From positions 4,278,001 to 4,342,000 of the forward strand of contig CATNEN010000002.1 of assembly GCA_950097015.1 (NCBI GenBank): a DNA stretch of 64,000 bases. The letters are read 5' to 3'. Of this stretch, positions 60,801 to 64,000 are shown piece after piece. The position numbers and the translations under genes were made by a program. The DNA is from Macrostomum hystrix. Lineage: Eukaryota; Animalia; Platyhelminthes. The notes beneath the pieces were generated by a model. The model ran no database searches. It had not been told where the DNA came from and saw only the letters and a list, made by a program, of their open reading frames with translations. How positions within the stretch are numbered: position 1 is the first letter of the stretch; the number at the start of each line of letters is the position of its first letter.

Positions 60801-62586
60801 TCCTGTGTTTTATCAGGAAATACCTAATTGTCTTTTTAAAGAGTATGTCAGGTAGTCGTTCAACTTTCGGGGCCCTAAAAGAAAAAAAAGTTCTATTAAT
60901 CTACTGGTTGCCCCCCTAATTCCATGATGCGGTTGATTTCTCAGATTCCGGTCGCGCAATTCCGAGCTGGAATCGGAGGTGGAACGCCTCACAAGGCAGC
61001 TGGCCTCGGAGAGATTCGAACGAGAACGGCTGGCGGCTGAGCTCCGGCGAAGCGGCGGCGGCGGCGGTCTGGCGGCTTCATCCTCGACAGGGGCATTGTA
61101 CCGAACTGACTCTCGCAGGTGTGTTTGCCTGTGTAGACTTTGTTTATTTAGTTTCTAGGATTTCTAGGATTCCGGAAGAATAAAATTTTTATCCCTTAGC
61201 AGAGACACTTGATTCCACAGCGCTTCATTTCACCCATTTGTAAAATTTGTCCATGGACTGAACAGCTGTACACAGCCTTTAAATGCTATTTATTCAGTTT
61301 TTTTATAGTGCTTTTTAAAAGAAATCTTTGCTATGTTTGTATTTATGAAATTTAACAGTATAGCTACAAAGGGAGGGGGGGATTCCACCATCCTGCGTTG
61401 ACAATCTTTTTGTGCTGCACCCGAACGGAGCAACGCAAGCATAAGAAACTTTTTGTTGCGCATCTTCTGAAACAATAATCATGTCGCCAGCTCTTCAGAC
61501 CGTCGAGATATTCAATGGTTCTGGCCGAAGGTCAGATTTTTCCCGTAAGCGCTAGTGTGTTTCATACACCCCTATACACAAATTAGCACTGCGCCTCAGT
61601 GCGGCCTTGCCAGGCCTTCAAAATTGATCAGCATGTCACCCGAATGTGCCTGCATCATCTCCGTCTTCGTTGGTCACCTACCTTTATCTAGACGGAGCTG
61701 CTGGACATACAAGGGCTACAACGGGTGGAAATGGATACCAGTATGGACACCCTGACGCAAATTTCTCCAATTTCACGGCTCGAGCCTAAGTATTAGGCGC
61801 AGCTCAACCACAGGACACCATCGTCTAGTCTGTCAACCAACCAGCGGGGGGGATTTCCCCGTTGGTATAAAAACGGGTGGCAAAATGGCTTGGTAGTCAC
61901 ACTGTTAATGTATTAAATAGTTCGATATGACGCTGACTGGGCCAAAAATAACACTTGAAAACACAGGGATTTAGCCACGCTTGAAGAGCCCGCGTCTCCA
62001 ACTATCAGCCAAAGCTTTCAGCATCATCGCCAGCTTCATCACAGTCAGCGGCAGCAGCAGCAGCAGCAGCAGCAGTCATCTCCTTTGCCTAGCAGAAGCA
62101 GGGTTCATCACTCAGACATTGTTGCAGTCAGCAGCAGCAATAGAATTCTGACTGCCTACACTGTGACGAGCTCTACTAAGCGAAGGACTTCTAATCAGCA
62201 TCGGTCAGATAGTCATGCAGCAGAATCATCTAACTACCTCAATCTTCACTGTTACATTTTCATTGTTTTAATTATCTTCACCACGTCTAGCCAAGTTGCA
62301 TTTGTAAATCTTTTGATTTTTGTCGTCACTTAAATAAGTACTTTTACTAGTAGTAGATTTGCATGCACTACATTTTTTTGTTTAGAAATTAAGCATTAAA
62401 CTTATCTATATACTCGTATATATGCGTAGTTTCTTGTTTTAATCATAAAAAAATTGTTTAAACTTATTTTCCACTTCCTACAGCAATGTGTCGCCTACAT
62501 CAAGACAGCAGCAACAGCAACAGCAGCAGCAGCATTACCGGTCGCACAGTCCGTCTGGAAGATATCAGCAAGAGCATGATGCTTGA
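42887..62586 (+). CDS. CEP135: Centrosomal protein 135 (Bld10), centriole cartwheel coiled-coil protein
   Basis: N-terminus RKKLDQLGYRQPLTVEALPLAERLLADL and IPFRRQRME match CEP135. Exons 42887-43213, 44184-44371, 44978-45203, 46050-46460, 47177-47327, 53144-53457, 54952-55503, 56358-56594, 57790-58158, 58545-58895, 59445-59851, 60945-61118, 62484-62586; all GT-AG and phase-consistent; about 1269 aa. Confidence 0.93.
43270..44122. repeat. 16-bp minisatellite GAGACACGGGAGAGAT
   Basis: CEP135 intron 1. Confidence 0.95.
44445..44940. repeat. Two short arrays: 24-bp AATGACCAATCTGAGGATATAGAC and about 25-bp CTAATTATCTCACCTCACTGTACCC
   Basis: CEP135 intron 2. Confidence 0.88.
45325..46000. repeat. 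Degenerate about 27-bp minisatellite GTTGCTAAGGGAATCCCAGTTTTTAC
   Basis: CEP135 intron 3. Confidence 0.85.
47990..49080. repeat. Polypyrimidine minisatellite (about 34-bp unit CTCTCACCCTTCCTCTGCCTCTCTCTGTCTGTCT and variants)
   Basis: CEP135 intron 5. Confidence 0.93.
50030..50140 (+). mobile_element. SINE 3' fragment
   Basis: GTACAGTATCTGTGTGGGTGTGTGCTCAG...AGAATTGCCTACTCGCTGGCTG...GTCTAGTGTCACCAA matches the SINE 3' half. Confidence 0.65.
50440..52152. repeat. 27-bp purine-rich minisatellite GAGATAAGAGATAGAGGGATGACAAGG
   Basis: CEP135 intron 5; highly homogeneous. Confidence 0.96.
52748..53066 (-). mobile_element. tRNA-derived SINE copy in CEP135 intron 5
   Basis: Reverse-complement copy with tail GCCATTGCCCGCAGCCCTCCTGCAATTATTATTA. 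Confidence 0.8.
53505..53905. repeat. 30-bp minisatellite CTGTTGTCATTTTTAATGAATTGCCACTTC
   Basis: CEP135 intron 6. Confidence 0.93.
54585..54915. repeat. 18-bp CpG-rich minisatellite TCGATGTCGCCGATTTCG
   Basis: CEP135 intron 6, next to the acceptor at 54951. Confidence 0.92.
55680..56300. repeat. 21-22-bp minisatellite CCTGAACCCTACGTTTCTCCTA
   Basis: CEP135 intron 7. Confidence 0.92.
56740..57750. repeat. 21-bp minisatellite AAACTGTCAGTAGTATCATTC
   Basis: CEP135 intron 8. Confidence 0.95.
58205..59375. repeat. GAGTTCGAATCTT-core repeats on both sides of CEP135 exon 10 (58205-58400 and 58910-59375)
   Basis: Tandem array in intron 9 and a degenerate array in intron 10. Confidence 0.8.
60080..60790. 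repeat. 23/34-bp minisatellite CAGGAAATTCCTCAGGGTTTACT
   Basis: CEP135 intron 11. Confidence 0.95.
61380..61535 (+). repeat. Dispersed repeat, copy 2 (CEP135 intron 12)
   Basis: See 34285-34455. Confidence 0.75.
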
Positions 62587-62704
62587 TCATCATCGACTGA
62601 TTGTTTACCAAATATACTATTATTTCAACTTATTTTTGTTACTAATTTAGTAACGTACTGACTGACTATACAGCCTAGAAACTTCATAAATGAAAGTTAA
62701 ATAA

Positions 62705-63250
62705 AATGGGATCGATCGAAGTATCGATTAGTCTTAGTAACGATAGAAATATAGACTAGTCTTTGTATCGACCGAAATATGGACTGGTCTTTGTATCGAC
62801 CGAAATATGGACTGGTCTTTGTTATCGATCGAAATATGGACTGGTCTTTGTATCGACCGAAATATGGACTGGTCTTTGTTATCGATCGAAATATGGACTG
62901 GTCTTTGTTATCGATCGAAATATGGACTGGTCTTTGTTATCGATCGAAATATGGACTGGTCTTTGTTATCGATCGAAATATGGACTGGTCTTTGTATCGA
63001 TCGAAGTATCGATTAGTTTTTGTGTAGATCGAAATATGGACTGGTCTTTGTATCGATCAAAAATTGGACTGGTCTTTGTATCGATCGAAGTATCGATTAG
63101 TCTTTGTGTAGATCGAAATATAGACTGGTCTTTGTATCGATCGAAATATAGACTAGTCTTTGTGTAGATCGAAATATGGACTGGTCTTTGTATCGATCGA
63201 AATATGGACTTTGCATCGAAATATCGATCGAAATATCGATTAGTCTTTGA
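62705..63250. repeat. 28-30-bp minisatellite TATCGATCGAAATATGGACTGGTCTTTG
   Basis: Downstream of the CEP135 stop codon. Confidence 0.92.
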
Positions 63251-64000
63251 AACAATTAAGATATCGAGTAGATTATATTGTATCAATCGATAAGTTGATT
63301 GATTACTTTTATTAATATAAGGATGTGCTAATTAATACTGTCTCATTTAAACCATTTTATTTCAACTTTATTTTCCGTCCTTCTAAACTATTACATCATT
63401 TAACACGTGCATCACAATTTAACTAAGATGTGAATCATTTATTTACAGTTTTCGGATATTTTGCTGTCAGATCATTCTAGCCCTATTTTGTTTTTCAATT
63501 TTTTTATTTACTAGCAATTTTTGTGTGTCCCTGTTTACTTTAATCTACATCATTCTTGTATTTTCGTCACAAATACCTAAATTTGCGTTACATCCTACTA
63601 ACCAAAACATTGTCAGTAGGCCTTTAAGCAAATCTCTTCCTCCTTTATTATTTCCGCAGACGGGTTCTGCTGTCTTATCCGAAACTAAGCGATTTAATTC
63701 CGTCCTTTGAACATTTTCTAGTAGCAACTTTTTCTTACAAATATAAATATGCAATTTATTTTATATTCTTGTTTCATTTTCCTCTTTAATATATTAAAAA
63801 GCTTTCTAAGCATTGTAGGAGAACATTTTTAATGTAAAAACATTTATTAAGGTGCGAAAGTAAAAATGTACTTTTAAGCTATTAGCTAGAAAACTGTCGC
63901 TGTGATTGGAGAACATTTTGTACTGTTCTGCGAGTGGCCTCTTTTAAAACATTTCCAAAATAAAATTTGTGCTTGCATGCACTGCATTGCTATTCGCTTA

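Noticed and set aside
43137-63286. Long low-complexity ORFs (SHLSRV, SLSHPSS, LISLVIP, MSPISS, NDTTDS, LRKFLRV and others)
   Set aside because: All coincide with intronic or downstream tandem arrays around CEP135.

Overview
Eukaryotic (metazoan) genomic DNA with GC-rich exons and AT-rich introns packed with minisatellites. The style suggests a Macrostomum-type flatworm, but that is inference only. I assembled six intron-containing genes by hand from GT-AG junctions with consistent phases. Five run consecutively on the minus strand: a CCR4/Angel/PDE12-type EEP phosphoesterase, RNF170, U2SURP/SR140, acid ceramidase ASAH1, and the 5' part of a TSPN-domain collagen (multiplexin-like, running off the window start). 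CEP135 lies on the plus strand with 13 exons. Mobile DNA includes a tRNA-derived SINE family (five near-complete copies plus fragments), a MITE with an exact 8-bp TSD, a Merlin/ISXO2-like transposase relic and a degenerate Penelope-type hammerhead. The most striking structure is U2SURP intron 1: almost all of it is a precise head-to-tail chain of five Helitron-like units, two of them kilobase-sized and carrying satellites. These units have three different terminator sequences but identical terminator geometry. Other leads are an inverted intronic copy that could mask the TSPN exon donor, and a candidate internal first exon of CEP135. Most long ORFs in the supplied track are artefacts of minisatellites. 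Repeat boundaries are approximate and were read by eye; no computation or database search was run.
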